Virus record (IMG/VR): IMGVR_UViG_3300010883_000001 | Span: 81,182-145,181 of that record | DNA from: a virus | Reading direction: 5' to 3' (one strand) | Length of the DNA stretch: 64,000 bases | Shown here: piece by piece, positions 9,812-19,660 of the stretch | Layout: the number at the start of each line of letters is the position of its first letter | How positions within the stretch are numbered: position 1 is the stretch's first letter | Position numbers and translations under genes: made by a program | The notes under the pieces: model-generated | Told to the model about the DNA's origin: nothing | What the model saw: only the letters and a program-made list of their open reading frames with translations | Databases searched by the model: none

Positions 9812-10649
9812 CGTTGATTGCGTAATATATCATGCTGACTGTACTGACGGCTTTGGGGCAGCCTACGCAGCATGGAAACTTTTAGGAAACAAGGCAGATT
9901 ATTATGCGTGTAAGCATGGCTCAGTCCCACCAGATGTATCGGGTAAAAGAGTTGTAATTCTAGATTTTTCTTTTAATAATGAGATTACAAAAGCAATGAT
10001 TGACACAGCGGATGGTTTGATAGTCATTGATCATCATAAGTCGGCCATGGTAGAATTGCATGATATTACGGATGCTATATTCAATATGAGTAAATCTGGA
10101 GCCATGCTAGCATGGGAATTTTTTCATCCGGGAAAAGAGCCACCAAAGTTTATTTCGTACATAGAGGATCGTGATCTGTGGAAGTGGGAGTTACCATATT
10201 CAAAAGAGTTCGCTGCAGCTTTTGATATGGTTCCTTTCGAGTTTGAAGAGTTTGAGAAGTTTGAAGATGACTCTGTTTTTGATGATGCTGTAAAACGAGG
10301 AAGTTACATACTGGCGTATTCAAAAACGGTAGTTAAAAAAGTCTCTGAGAAGGCATCACCAAGAAGATTAAACGGAAAGAGCATATTGGTCGTAAATGCT
10401 TCACATTGGATGTCGGAAATAGGCGCCAGGCTTTCTCCCGATTGTGATGTTGCAATGATCTGGTATTATGATCATATTGATAAAATGATAAAGGTTAGCT
10501 TAAGATCTTTTCATGACACCGTTGATGTCTCCGAGGTCGCAAAGAAATTTGGCGGAGGTGGGCATAAAAAGGCTGCTGGTTTTATACTTCCTGGAGATGC
10601 TGTCGTGGATGATATTTTTGACGATGAGGTTAAGAATGAAGAAGTTTAG
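9795..10649 (+). CDS. DHH/DHHA1 family phosphoesterase
   Basis: YHADCTDG, LDFS, IDHH, EDRDLW, SLRS, FGGGGHKKAAGF. Confidence 0.9.
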   Translation: MIEPSSVDCVIYHADCTDGFGAAYAAWKLLGNKADYYACKHGSVPPDVSGKRVVILDFSFNNEITKAMIDTADGLIVIDHHKSAMVELHDITDAIFNMSKSGAMLAWEFFHPGKEPPKFISYIEDRDLWKWELPYSKEFAAAFDMVPFEFEEFEKFEDDSVFDDAVKRGSYILAYSKTVVKKVSEKASPRRLNGKSILVVNASHWMSEIGARLSPDCDVAMIWYYDHIDKMIKVSLRSFHDTVDVSEVAKKFGGGGHKKAAGFILPGDAVVDDIFDDEVKNEEV

Positions 10650-11058
10650 GCCTGGATGGGATGCGATTTGGCTTAAGTTTGCGCATCTAATATCTGAGAG
10701 AAGTTATGATGATCGGTACAAGGTAGGTGCCATTGTAGTTTCGATCGACAATACACAGGTTCTTGCAGTGGGATATAATGGAAATTATTCTGGTGGTCCA
10801 AATGAAGCAGACTCAGCTGAACCAGGCAAATCAGGATTTATTCATGCTGAGATTAATGCATTACTTAAGTGCGACTATAATTATCACAAAGTTAAAAAAC
10901 TATATGTTACACTATCACCGTGCATGATGTGTGCTAAGGCCATTATTAATGCCGGAATCTCAGAGGTGATTTATGATGATGAGTATAGAGATACGGCCGG
11001 AATTCAGCTTATGAAGGATACAGGAATTGTCGTTAGGAGAGTAAACAATTATTCTTGA
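10636..11058 (+). CDS. dCMP deaminase
   Basis: VGAIVV, GYNG, HAEINA, TLSPCMMC; start placed at ATG 10636 overlapping the upstream gene end. Confidence 0.9.
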   Translation: MKKFRPGWDAIWLKFAHLISERSYDDRYKVGAIVVSIDNTQVLAVGYNGNYSGGPNEADSAEPGKSGFIHAEINALLKCDYNYHKVKKLYVTLSPCMMCAKAIINAGISEVIYDDEYRDTAGIQLMKDTGIVVRRVNNYS

Positions 11059-11161
11059 CATACTTCTGAATCAGTTTTTACTATAAAAAAATAATTTCTA
11101 TATTTTCTTTTAGTCCTCCTGTGAAATAAGTATAAATAGCCCAGTATTTTATGGATGTTTT

Positions 11162-13465
11162 ATGAGTAGTATAAAAAACGGTTTATTTAGAGAGTTTGAT
11201 TTAGAGTATATCATCGAGACTAGCCTAAAGTTACGTAGGCTAAGTGATAGCTCAATTATTCTCGAGAACGCGCTAGCCAACAACGATATTAGTGCATTGT
11301 TAATGGAGGAGCTAGAAAGTAAAGACATAGAAAAGCTGAGAAAAACTACTAAGGAAACAAAAAAGGCAGTTGAGCAGATACAGGCTGCCATAGGTGATAA
11401 ATTACCTAGCCTTAAAGATCCACTAGATAGTCTACACGATGCAATAACTGATTCCCTAAAGTTCGTATCAGAGCTTGATTTAGAAAATCCTGAAGGTATG
11501 ATGGCAAATATTGGGAGATTTTTTGGATCTAAGGTTGATATTGCATCTTCATTTCAAGCAGTTTTACAAATACAGACAAAAACAAAACAGATAGCAGATT
11601 CTTTAGAGCAAGCAATTCCTTTAATATTGAAAAATATTGAAGACCTTATTGATGAGACTCAGCAGGATGTTCCTTTAAGTGAGTTAGCTGGAACAGGTGA
11701 TATTCCGGATGCTAATAAAATTAAAGGAGGTGTTCAAAAGGCGTTTAAGGCCGGCGGCGGCGGGTTCTTGGGGAAACTTACCGGGTTTTTGAGAAAAGCA
11801 GCAGGTAAATCAAAGCTCTTAGCCGGTGTAGTTGATCCGGATTTCGATGAGGTCGCTGATGATTTCATGTTACTTTCAATTATACAAATGAAAGAGTTAG
11901 AAACGGCCTTAGGTACAGCTGCAGATGTTGAGATGTTAGATAAGGCTACAACTGAAGATCTTGCCAAGGCAGAGCCTGAAGATTACCAAGCCGTAGCCGC
12001 TGATCAAAGCGGATCCGGCGCAGCACCTGAAAATCCTGATAAGGCTGAGCCTAGACCTGATTTTACGCTTGAAGACTTAATGGCACTATTACAAAAAATG
12101 AACCCGCCAGCAGCCAAGGAGCTGGAGGCGATGCCTGAAGAAGAGCAGGAGGCCGTCGCGGCAGATGACGTAGAGGAGATAGTTGCGGGTGAGGTCAGCC
12201 CGGAGGATGCTGCAGAAGAGGTGTCCGAAGAGGCTGAAGAAGCTGCAGATGCACCAAAGTGGTCAGAGATAGCTAATTCGTTCTTAGATGATCTTAAGTC
12301 TAAAGGATTATCCGACAAAGGCGAAGAGTTTATTAAGAGTTATATGACCGACATTATAAACCAACCTGATTTTGAAGAGGCCGTAGGTGCGTCCCTTAAG
12401 TTGAAAGAGTCATTATTTATAGGCAGTATTTCTTCATTTTTATTTGAAGAAATAGAATATAAAGATTTAGAAAAGGCATCAAAGGACTCAGCTGAATTTT
12501 CATCAGATGAGCAGGCTGCAGCTGTTACTTCACATCTAGCCACCATGATGTCTGATGCCGGCGTAGCAGTTGCCGGCGACCCTGGTGTAGAATTAACTGA
12601 TGATATCATTGCAGGAATTGGCATTGCCGAAGAAGAGATTCCAAAACCAGAAGTAGGCGAAATTTATAATTTCACTACAGGGAAAAACAAAAAGACTTTT
12701 GTAAAGATCAACAGCGAACCAGATGGAGAATGGGTAAGTGCATCTACAGCTGATGGGAAAGGCTCTTTCAAAAAAGCAAAATTTAATGTAAAGATTACGA
12801 GACTTGGCGAAAAGACAACCGCTGAAGAAGCGGGGATTAGTGAAAAAGAAGGAGGGGAAGACATGCCAGAAGATCCAGAAGTTGAAAGCTCACCAGAAGA
12901 AGAGATTAAAGCGGCGCCTCAGGATGTACCTCCGGGCGTAGCAATTGGCACGGCATTAGAAGATTGGGAACAGTCACTATCTAAGAGTAGCCAAGAGACC
13001 ATTAACAGAAAAAATAGGTTTCAAGCATTAAAAGACGTTATTAACTCCAGTTTAGAGGGAGCAGCACAACGTACTGCCAAGCATGTTAAGACGGCTATTA
13101 AAAAGTGGCGTGCTGAACATGAGGAGACGCTAATAACATCAAAGAGATTTGCGAAGAAGAATTTTGATACACTATCAGAATTAATTCCCCAGCTGGTCGC
13201 AGTGATAATGGCAAAAAAGACAGAATCTGCAGGAAATCTAATGACTATAGGAAGCATCCATAGAACAGTTTATAAACATCTGAATAAGAGATTTTATGGA
13301 ACGAGATATTTATTATCGGAGATATTGGTTTCTAACGATGCCAGATCTAGCAGTATCAAATCTAATGATGTTAGTAGTACTCGACCTACCGGTAATTTTG
13401 ATCTTACAAATTCAGATAGTGATGATTCTACCATGGCTAGGTGGAGAGAATTAGCCGGATTATGA
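11162..13465 (+). CDS. Large acidic hypothetical protein, possible virion/internal head protein
   Basis: 767-aa E/D/A-rich ORF ending MARWRELAGL; preceded by TATAAATA at 11131-11138. Confidence 0.5.
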   Translation: MSSIKNGLFREFDLEYIIETSLKLRRLSDSSIILENALANNDISALLMEELESKDIEKLRKTTKETKKAVEQIQAAIGDKLPSLKDPLDSLHDAITDSLKFVSELDLENPEGMMANIGRFFGSKVDIASSFQAVLQIQTKTKQIADSLEQAIPLILKNIEDLIDETQQDVPLSELAGTGDIPDANKIKGGVQKAFKAGGGGFLGKLTGFLRKAAGKSKLLAGVVDPDFDEVADDFMLLSIIQMKELETALGTAADVEMLDKATTEDLAKAEPEDYQAVAADQSGSGAAPENPDKAEPRPDFTLEDLMALLQKMNPPAAKELEAMPEEEQEAVAADDVEEIVAGEVSPEDAAEEVSEEAEEAADAPKWSEIANSFLDDLKSKGLSDKGEEFIKSYMTDIINQPDFEEAVGASLKLKESLFIGSISSFLFEEIEYKDLEKASKDSAEFSSDEQAAAVTSHLATMMSDAGVAVAGDPGVELTDDIIAGIGIAEEEIPKPEVGEIYNFTTGKNKKTFVKINSEPDGEWVSASTADGKGSFKKAKFNVKITRLGEKTTAEEAGISEKEGGEDMPEDPEVESSPEEEIKAAPQDVPPGVAIGTALEDWEQSLSKSSQETINRKNRFQALKDVINSSLEGAAQRTAKHVKTAIKKWRAEHEETLITSKRFAKKNFDTLSELIPQLVAVIMAKKTESAGNLMTIGSIHRTVYKHLNKRFYGTRYLLSEILVSNDARSSSIKSNDVSSTRPTGNFDLTNSDSDDSTMARWRELAGL

Positions 13466-13475
13466 GGTATAATAA

Positions 13476-13817
13476 ATGAAAATCTCAGAGATAGATCTTA
13501 CTAGAAAAAACAAGGTAATTCTGCGTAAAGGATTAAAGATCGTACATTCACCTACCGGGTTGGAATATACTGTACTTGATGTATTTAAAGATTCATCAGG
13601 AAAAGTAAAAATTAAGCTAGCTCCCCCAGAACAACCTAGGGTAGAGCCGATCACATCTACTACGGTGATGCAAGAAGTTGAGCTAGTAAATAATACCCAA
13701 GACGATCAGACAATACACACCACGCCTGAAGATACTGCCGAAGAAGTCATAGATCTGGAGGACGAGGACGTCCTTGTTTTAGATCAAGGAGAATTGAAAG
13801 ATTATGAGGTTAGATAA
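13476..13817 (+). CDS. Hypothetical protein
   Basis: ORF with GAGG RBS, coupled to the next gene. Confidence 0.6.
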   Translation: MKISEIDLTRKNKVILRKGLKIVHSPTGLEYTVLDVFKDSSGKVKIKLAPPEQPRVEPITSTTVMQEVELVNNTQDDQTIHTTPEDTAEEVIDLEDEDVLVLDQGELKDYEVR

Positions 13818-14509
13818 TGTCTGATGTTATAAAAAGAGAAGTTGTCGCAGCGATAAGGGCCGTTATTAATAAAGACGATGACGTAAGTCAAGTCTCTGAG
13901 TCATATGTAGTTCAACCTAGGAAATATGCTTTATCAACAGAGAAGATTGGCGAAAAAACAAAGGGTATGATGATAAAGAGATTTGAGGAAGCTGTTGCAA
14001 ACCTAAACACAGTTTCAGCGAAGCTTGACACAGCTAATAAAGAAGCTGCTGGAGAGTTTCACTCTGATTTTCGCTCATTAAAATTTGATGAGTCATCGTT
14101 ACTATCTAGATCTTTTTTGACAGCTATGACCCTGGAGAACATAAGCGACTTAGATTCTAAAATAACGATGGATTCTCTTCCTTTTTTACGTTTAGATAGG
14201 GATTTTCAATCTTTTGACAATTGGCAAAGAGATTTTATTGCGTGTGGGAAATGTATAACGGATGGGTTTGTTGCATGCGGATTAAACGTTTATTTAAAGA
14301 AATACACAAACATAATCTGCGCCGGCCCAACATTCTCAGTTCCAGTTGGGTTTATGCCTATACTGGTTTTGGCAATTGATCCAATAGTAATATCAAGAAA
14401 TTTTTCTGCAGATAATTCGCAGTTTATTGCATCAATGATGAAAGAGATAGATTGGGATAAGGTCTCTGATAGAATTAAGAAGTCAGAAAAGTTTTTAAAG
14501 ATTTTGTGA
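13817..14509 (+). CDS. Degenerate Fe/Mn superoxide dismutase-fold protein
   Basis: LDRDFQSFDNWQRDF, PILVLAID, MKEIDWDKVSDR follow the SOD C-terminal domain, but DxWEHAY is absent. Confidence 0.55.
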   Translation: MSDVIKREVVAAIRAVINKDDDVSQVSESYVVQPRKYALSTEKIGEKTKGMMIKRFEEAVANLNTVSAKLDTANKEAAGEFHSDFRSLKFDESSLLSRSFLTAMTLENISDLDSKITMDSLPFLRLDRDFQSFDNWQRDFIACGKCITDGFVACGLNVYLKKYTNIICAGPTFSVPVGFMPILVLAIDPIVISRNFSADNSQFIASMMKEIDWDKVSDRIKKSEKFLKIL

Positions 14510-14516
14510 GGAAACA

Positions 14517-15287
14517 ATGATAAACATACAGTTCTTGAATTCTGTTAGGAATTTAATTAGAGAAGGATTATTGGGCAATGGTTCTCGTGATTTATTTCAA
14601 ATTACTAGATTAATATCAGAGATTAAAGAAGGATCTTTGGGAGAACATTATATTTTAGAAGAGGCAAGTAATGACGTCTTAGCCATGCTTAAGGGTGCAT
14701 CTTCAAACAGTAATATGATTATCGTTTTAGAGGGTGAAGAAGAAGATATTTTTGGCGGCGGTGATGACGAAGAAGACGCTGGCGAAGAAGACGCTGACGA
14801 AGAAGACGCTGACGAAGAAGGTGCCGATGAGGAAGGTGCCGATGAGGAAGGTACCGATGAGGAAGAGAAAGAAGAAGAGCCGACCGGTCCCGTAGATACA
14901 ATGTTCGATGCAGCAATATCTGATTTGTATACAGAGTTTGAAGGAAGAGCCATTGATACTGCCTCTGAGGAGAAAGTTGCATATGAAAATAGAGATTATT
15001 CAATTTCTCGTATACTGACAGAAGAGGAGCAATTGTTCGACGTTCGTGTTTTTGCTAGGGAGGTCGCAAATTTAATTAACAATTATGAACATTTATTAGA
15101 CGTGGAGTATTTACTCTATAAAAAAGCTGTAGATTTCATAGAGAAAAAATATGGCCAAATAGTTTCAAATGATTTTATAGATACCCTAAAGAGCGATTAT
15201 AGTTTATCATTCAGCGACGAGCCGGCCGAAGTTGCAACTCCAGATGCGCAGCAAAAATATGCGATAGGAGCCATGGCCGCGGAGTAA
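14517..15287 (+). CDS. Acidic hypothetical protein with DEE(D/G)A repeats
   Basis: 256-aa ORF; VRNLIRE motif near N-terminus. Confidence 0.6.
   Translation: MINIQFLNSVRNLIREGLLGNGSRDLFQITRLISEIKEGSLGEHYILEEASNDVLAMLKGASSNSNMIIVLEGEEEDIFGGGDDEEDAGEEDADEEDADEEGADEEGADEEGTDEEEKEEEPTGPVDTMFDAAISDLYTEFEGRAIDTASEEKVAYENRDYSISRILTEEEQLFDVRVFAREVANLINNYEHLLDVEYLLYKKAVDFIEKKYGQIVSNDFIDTLKSDYSLSFSDEPAEVATPDAQQKYAIGAMAAE
14766..14864 (+). repeat. 15-bp coding tandem repeat, about 6.5 copies (GACGAAGAAGACGCT / GATGAGGAAGGTGCC)
   Basis: Directly visible; encodes DEEDA/DEEGA. Confidence 0.9.
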
Positions 15288-15294
15288 TATCACG

Positions 15295-15564
15295 ATGAGC
15301 CTTTATGATTTCGAGACAAGAAAATCAATTCATATAAACTTAACAAAATCAACACATTCTGAGCTTAGGGTTATGCTGATAAAGCGAGGTCTTTCTATGC
15401 AAGAAGTCTTTGATTCTTTTGCTGGAAAACTATGCTCAGGTGACGATAGGTTATCTTTCATATTGGATGAAATAGAAAGAGAAAAAAGAGAGAAGGTAAT
15501 AAAGAGAGTTTCAAAATCAGATGAAGAGTCAGTTTATAGATTAATAGAGGAGGATAATTCTTAA
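15295..15564 (+). CDS. Small hypothetical protein, possible ribbon-helix-helix DNA-binding protein
   Basis: RKSIHINLTKSTHSELRVMLIKRGLSMQEVF fits a strand-helix-helix pattern. Confidence 0.45.
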   Translation: MSLYDFETRKSIHINLTKSTHSELRVMLIKRGLSMQEVFDSFAGKLCSGDDRLSFILDEIEREKREKVIKRVSKSDEESVYRLIEEDNS

Positions 15565-15836
15565 TGTGGCCTTTTAGTAAATCAGCGAAAAATAAGAAAA
15601 TAAAGATTTTGACAAAAAGAATTGAAGAGCTTGAGCTTGAGCTTGATAGACTTTCAAAGTTATCTGACATTATTTCATTAGCACAGCATTCATTGGGCGA
15701 AGACATGCTTTCAATTATTGCCGTATTGAACGCCGCAGGTGTCCAAGCCGCGAGTGATTATTCAGATCCGGATGATGATGAAGAAGAGGATAAAATTGCA
15801 GTTTCGGCTGATGACGATGATACTTATTTAAACTAG
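15564..15836 (+). CDS. Hypothetical coiled-coil protein with acidic tail
   Basis: ORF coupled to previous gene. Confidence 0.55.
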   Translation: MWPFSKSAKNKKIKILTKRIEELELELDRLSKLSDIISLAQHSLGEDMLSIIAVLNAAGVQAASDYSDPDDDEEEDKIAVSADDDDTYLN

Positions 15837-15864
15837 AGTAGAGTAGAGAATTAATTTTCTATAT

Positions 15865-16080
15865 ATGGAGAATATTATGGTTGAGCAGATGAAAGCTTTC
15901 GCAGATAGACATGTTGAGAGATTTGTATCAAGAAAATTTTTAGCGTGGCTAACTGCAACTGGATTATGTGCATATGGGACCGTTACTAGTGATAATTGGA
16001 CAGCAATAACATTAGCGTATATTGGAACACAGGCGCTGGTTGATATGGCTGTACGTTGGAAGCATGGTCCAAGAGATTAA
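15865..16080 (+). CDS. Putative holin-like small membrane protein
   Basis: 71 aa, SRKFLAWL followed by two hydrophobic segments; precedes a spanin-like pair. Confidence 0.5.
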   Translation: MENIMVEQMKAFADRHVERFVSRKFLAWLTATGLCAYGTVTSDNWTAITLAYIGTQALVDMAVRWKHGPRD

Positions 16081-16082
16081 TA

Positions 16083-16484
16083 ATGTCGTGGTTAGCTATT
16101 AAATTATTTTTTATGAAGTCGTGGGCTATTTTTAAAAAATATTGGCAAATATTTTTTGGAGTTTCGATATCCGTGCTTTTTTATATTTTTACTAGGGATT
16201 CATCAAAGATGGGAACGGTACTCGGGGATGCACATAATTCCCATAAAAAGCAAATGGCTAAAATAGACGAAATAAAGAGTAAAGAGCAAAAAAAAATAGA
16301 TGTCGTCATTGATTTACACAATGAAAATATTGAAAAAATAGAATTAGAGCACTCTAAAAAAGTCGATAAAATATCTGAAGACAAAGAAAAAAGAAAAGAA
16401 GAACTAGGCGAGTTGGGTGATTCAACTGTTACGGATCTAATATCTGATGCTTTAGATATTTCGAATTTAGATGATGAGAAGTAG
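16083..16484 (+). CDS. Putative inner-membrane spanin-like protein
   Basis: N-terminal TM segment then charged coiled coil; start placed at ATG 16083. Confidence 0.4.
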   Translation: MSWLAIKLFFMKSWAIFKKYWQIFFGVSISVLFYIFTRDSSKMGTVLGDAHNSHKKQMAKIDEIKSKEQKKIDVVIDLHNENIEKIELEHSKKVDKISEDKEKRKEELGELGDSTVTDLISDALDISNLDDEK

Positions 16485-16932
16485 GGTGAAGTTTTTATCT
16501 ATTGTTATATCATTTTTAATGATACTGAGTCCTGCATATGCACAGCTAGAGGGTGCAAAAACCGTAACGGCCGGTGATATATGCCCATATTCCGGAACGT
16601 TACTGACGTCAACTGCAGCAGCAAAGTTGATTATAACGTTAGAGACAAATAAAGAGCTTTGCAACGCCCGGGCAGAAAAAGAGCTGGACTTATTACAGGA
16701 AAGATTGACGCTTAAAATAGAAATATTAAGTGTGCGTTTAAATTCTTCAAAAGAACAATATGATAGTATAGTAAAGCTTAAGGACGAACAAATACAAGGT
16801 CTTCATTCACATATTAAAGACATTGAAGGCCATGGCCTGGGAAAAACGTTTTGGTTTTCTATGGGTGTGGTTGGTGGCGTTATTATAGTTTTGGCGTCTG
16901 CATATGCTGTGGGTGAAGTTTCAAACAGATAA
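16471..16932 (+). CDS. Putative spanin-like exported protein
   Basis: Signal peptide (AYA), coiled coil, C-terminal TM; overlaps previous gene. Confidence 0.4.
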   Translation: MMRSRVKFLSIVISFLMILSPAYAQLEGAKTVTAGDICPYSGTLLTSTAAAKLIITLETNKELCNARAEKELDLLQERLTLKIEILSVRLNSSKEQYDSIVKLKDEQIQGLHSHIKDIEGHGLGKTFWFSMGVVGGVIIVLASAYAVGEVSNR

Positions 16933-16946
16933 TTGGTGAGTAGATT

Positions 16947-18098
16947 ATGAAAAAAAGAAAAAAGAGATTATTGGAGATAGCGCCTGAACCAGGATACAAT
17001 AGGCATGGTATATATGATCGCCCTGGTCCGAATGATAATATTGAAGATGAAGATATTTTACAAAATGGACCGATAGAACCGGTGCCACAAATGGCTACAC
17101 AACTATCTGGTGAGAAACCTCCTATTGAAGATCCCGATTTTATTCCTTCAAATCCAGATGAATTATCTAGAGCTGCATCACTAATTGCAAAGAAGGTCCC
17201 AAAAGGAAAGATCAAGAAATTTTATTCTTCACTTATGGATAGTCTGGATAGTGTACTTAATTTGGACGATGTTGGTGAAGAAGAAAAAGATGATCTAAGA
17301 TTTGAAGAATCAAAGAATCCCTATATTGGAAATTTAGTTGATTTATTATTCGAGAATATTGATGATTTACCACACTCATACAGTCCATCGGGTAAAGGTG
17401 ATCCGTCCGGATTAAAAAATATTGCCCGTGAATTTGGGTTATCGGTTTCCGGTGCAAATATTCTTGTTAGAAGAATAGTCGAAAAACTTAAGACCGTGAT
17501 GGGCGTTTCTGACGATGAAATTTCTGATGCTGAAGAATTAGCCGCAAAAATGTTCAGAGATGTTATAGAACAAAAAATAATTCCAAGAGAAGAGAAGACT
17601 CCAGGGGTATTGTCTCATACTTTTGATATTTCTGCTGATGAGTTTGCATTAATAGCAAAGAATCCACTAGATTCAGATATTTTTAATAGTTTCTTTGCTA
17701 TTTCCTATATCGCTCCAGCATATAAAAAGTTGATGAACAAGAGAACAAAAAATGCTAGAGAGCTTTATATTGAATTAGGATATCCAAGGGGCGCATTTAA
17801 TATGATAGTTAGTCAACTCAGGGGCTTAACTGGCTCAGATCCTCGCGCGCTGAGAAGTAAATTTGAGAAAGCTGCTATAGATTCATTTGCTCAAACAAAT
17901 CCAGAATTAAAAGGCATGGAAGAGAAGGAAGAGGCAGCGAGAAATATATATTCAAGATTAATATCTGATATGCCTGAGATAAGAGGAAAATTAATACCAG
18001 CGTCGGGCGAATTTTTATCGATGATAAACATAGTATCACCGGTGAGTCTTGAGGATGGTTTAAGATCTTTAATAGATTCTATAGAGGAGTCGCTATAG
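16947..18098 (+). CDS. Hypothetical protein with possible HTH
   Basis: 383-aa ORF; LKNIAREFGLSVSGANILVRR. Confidence 0.5.
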   Translation: MKKRKKRLLEIAPEPGYNRHGIYDRPGPNDNIEDEDILQNGPIEPVPQMATQLSGEKPPIEDPDFIPSNPDELSRAASLIAKKVPKGKIKKFYSSLMDSLDSVLNLDDVGEEEKDDLRFEESKNPYIGNLVDLLFENIDDLPHSYSPSGKGDPSGLKNIAREFGLSVSGANILVRRIVEKLKTVMGVSDDEISDAEELAAKMFRDVIEQKIIPREEKTPGVLSHTFDISADEFALIAKNPLDSDIFNSFFAISYIAPAYKKLMNKRTKNARELYIELGYPRGAFNMIVSQLRGLTGSDPRALRSKFEKAAIDSFAQTNPELKGMEEKEEAARNIYSRLISDMPEIRGKLIPASGEFLSMINIVSPVSLEDGLRSLIDSIEESL

Positions 18099-18111
18099 GC
18101 AGAGTCGTTTT

Positions 18112-18516
18112 ATGAAGAAAAATCAAAAATTATCATTATTGATGTCGGATTATCTAGATGAACAATTACCCTCGGCAACGAAAAAAGTTTCTGAATATGC
18201 GGAGTATATTGGGAGTCTAGTAACGGAGGCATCTTCCATGCCTATTTCACCAAAGAAGATACTGTGGTCTGTTGATGAAAATACCGGCGAGCTGACTAGG
18301 GTTTTTAAGTTTGGACAACACGAGCAATATATTACATTTGCATCTGATGTGTTAGAATTTGAGGCTGGATTTAAGCATTATGCTGATATTAGCATGAGAT
18401 ATCCAACTATAGAGATACGGTTAATAACACGTGAAAGAGTGACAATAACAGACATGGATATAGAATACTCTAGGGTTGTTTCATCTATTTTTGAAGAAGT
18501 AATGTCTAATGAATGA
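18112..18516 (+). CDS. Pterin-4a-carbinolamine dehydratase-fold protein (degenerate)
   Basis: W...LTRVFKF...F...V......HYADI.......I.L.T.....ITDMDI pattern. Confidence 0.6.
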   Translation: MKKNQKLSLLMSDYLDEQLPSATKKVSEYAEYIGSLVTEASSMPISPKKILWSVDENTGELTRVFKFGQHEQYITFASDVLEFEAGFKHYADISMRYPTIEIRLITRERVTITDMDIEYSRVVSSIFEEVMSNE

Positions 18517-18865
18517 TTTCGAAAAAGAGAGCATCATACTGAGTGATGGTCTTGAAGAAAGAATAAAGGACACGGTTCTTGTTGATGAGATAATATCTAA
18601 TAATTCATCTAGAAAAATTACGTTTGTATCAAAACAAGGCGATATATCTGGCGATATAACCCATTTTATGTATGATGATAAGATAGTTAAGATTGATGGT
18701 GTTTTTCGAAAACAACAGTTTAAGAATATCGTGACAAACATAGAAGAGGCGACGGTATCATTATTTAATAGATCTAGAACATTTAAAGTAGGAAATCCGT
18801 CAATAAGATACTCTGTTGCCGGTGAAGATATTAATATTAGCGTCGTTTTTATAGACGTTTCATAA
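18509..18865 (+). CDS. Hypothetical protein
   Basis: ORF overlapping the previous stop. Confidence 0.55.
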   Translation: MNDFEKESIILSDGLEERIKDTVLVDEIISNNSSRKITFVSKQGDISGDITHFMYDDKIVKIDGVFRKQQFKNIVTNIEEATVSLFNRSRTFKVGNPSIRYSVAGEDINISVVFIDVS

Positions 18866-18875
18866 AGGTTTTAAA

Positions 18876-19043
18876 ATGAAAAAATTTACTTTTGATAAAT
18901 TTATAAAGGCTCTAGAGAGAGATAGGACAAAGAAGGTACAAAAAGATGAAGAGAAAAAAAGGGCTGATGATGAAAACCCAACGCGACGGTTGGTTAACAA
19001 GCAAAAAGAGCATATAAAGAATCGTTTTTTCTGGAGAAGATAA
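18876..19043 (+). CDS. Small basic hypothetical protein (55 aa, not in ORF track)
   Basis: MKKFTFDKFIKALE...NRFFWRR*; fills the gap and has a TAATG overlap with the next gene. Confidence 0.6.
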   Translation: MKKFTFDKFIKALERDRTKKVQKDEEKKRADDENPTRRLVNKQKEHIKNRFFWRR

Positions 19044-19660
19044 TGTCATCGAATAATAGTAATAAGTTTGATGATCTGTATATTCTGACCGAGCAGATAG
19101 TAAAGTCTGTGATGTCTGATATGTCGTTGCTGACTGAAGGTGAAAGAGAACAGCAAAAAGAGACAGAAAAACTATTGAAGGATGATTCTGCAATTGGCGA
19201 AAAAAAAGAAGAAGTAAACGAAGACGAAGACGAAGATAAAGGGTCGGACAAAAAAGTTGTAGTGCCCCGGACAGGATCAACAGAGTCCGGGGAGGAAAAA
19301 GATCCAGCAGCTAATGCAGATATACCTCAACCGTCCGTTTCCGAGTTTACTGATGCAAAACTATCAGATGTAATTGATCAGATTAATATGCTCCGGAGCG
19401 GAAAGTCTCTTAAAGATAAAGAAATACAAGGGCAATTGTCTACATACTATAATAGGCTCAAGGCTGGTGAGCGACAGGTATTTATGATTTTTATGTCTGC
19501 GTTAAGCCAGATATTGTCTGGTGATATTGGGGGTGGTTCCGCACCATCACCAAAGGGTCTGGACATAGAAATCGTTCCAAAGGAAAAGAAAGATAATCGT
19601 GAAGAAGAAAATGATCAGGAGAAAGCCCCTCAGGGGACTGTAATTGTAGGTGGTATATGA
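19043..19660 (+). CDS. Hypothetical protein
   Basis: 205-aa ORF. Confidence 0.6.
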   Translation: MSSNNSNKFDDLYILTEQIVKSVMSDMSLLTEGEREQQKETEKLLKDDSAIGEKKEEVNEDEDEDKGSDKKVVVPRTGSTESGEEKDPAANADIPQPSVSEFTDAKLSDVIDQINMLRSGKSLKDKEIQGQLSTYYNRLKAGERQVFMIFMSALSQILSGDIGGGSAPSPKGLDIEIVPKEKKDNREEENDQEKAPQGTVIVGGI

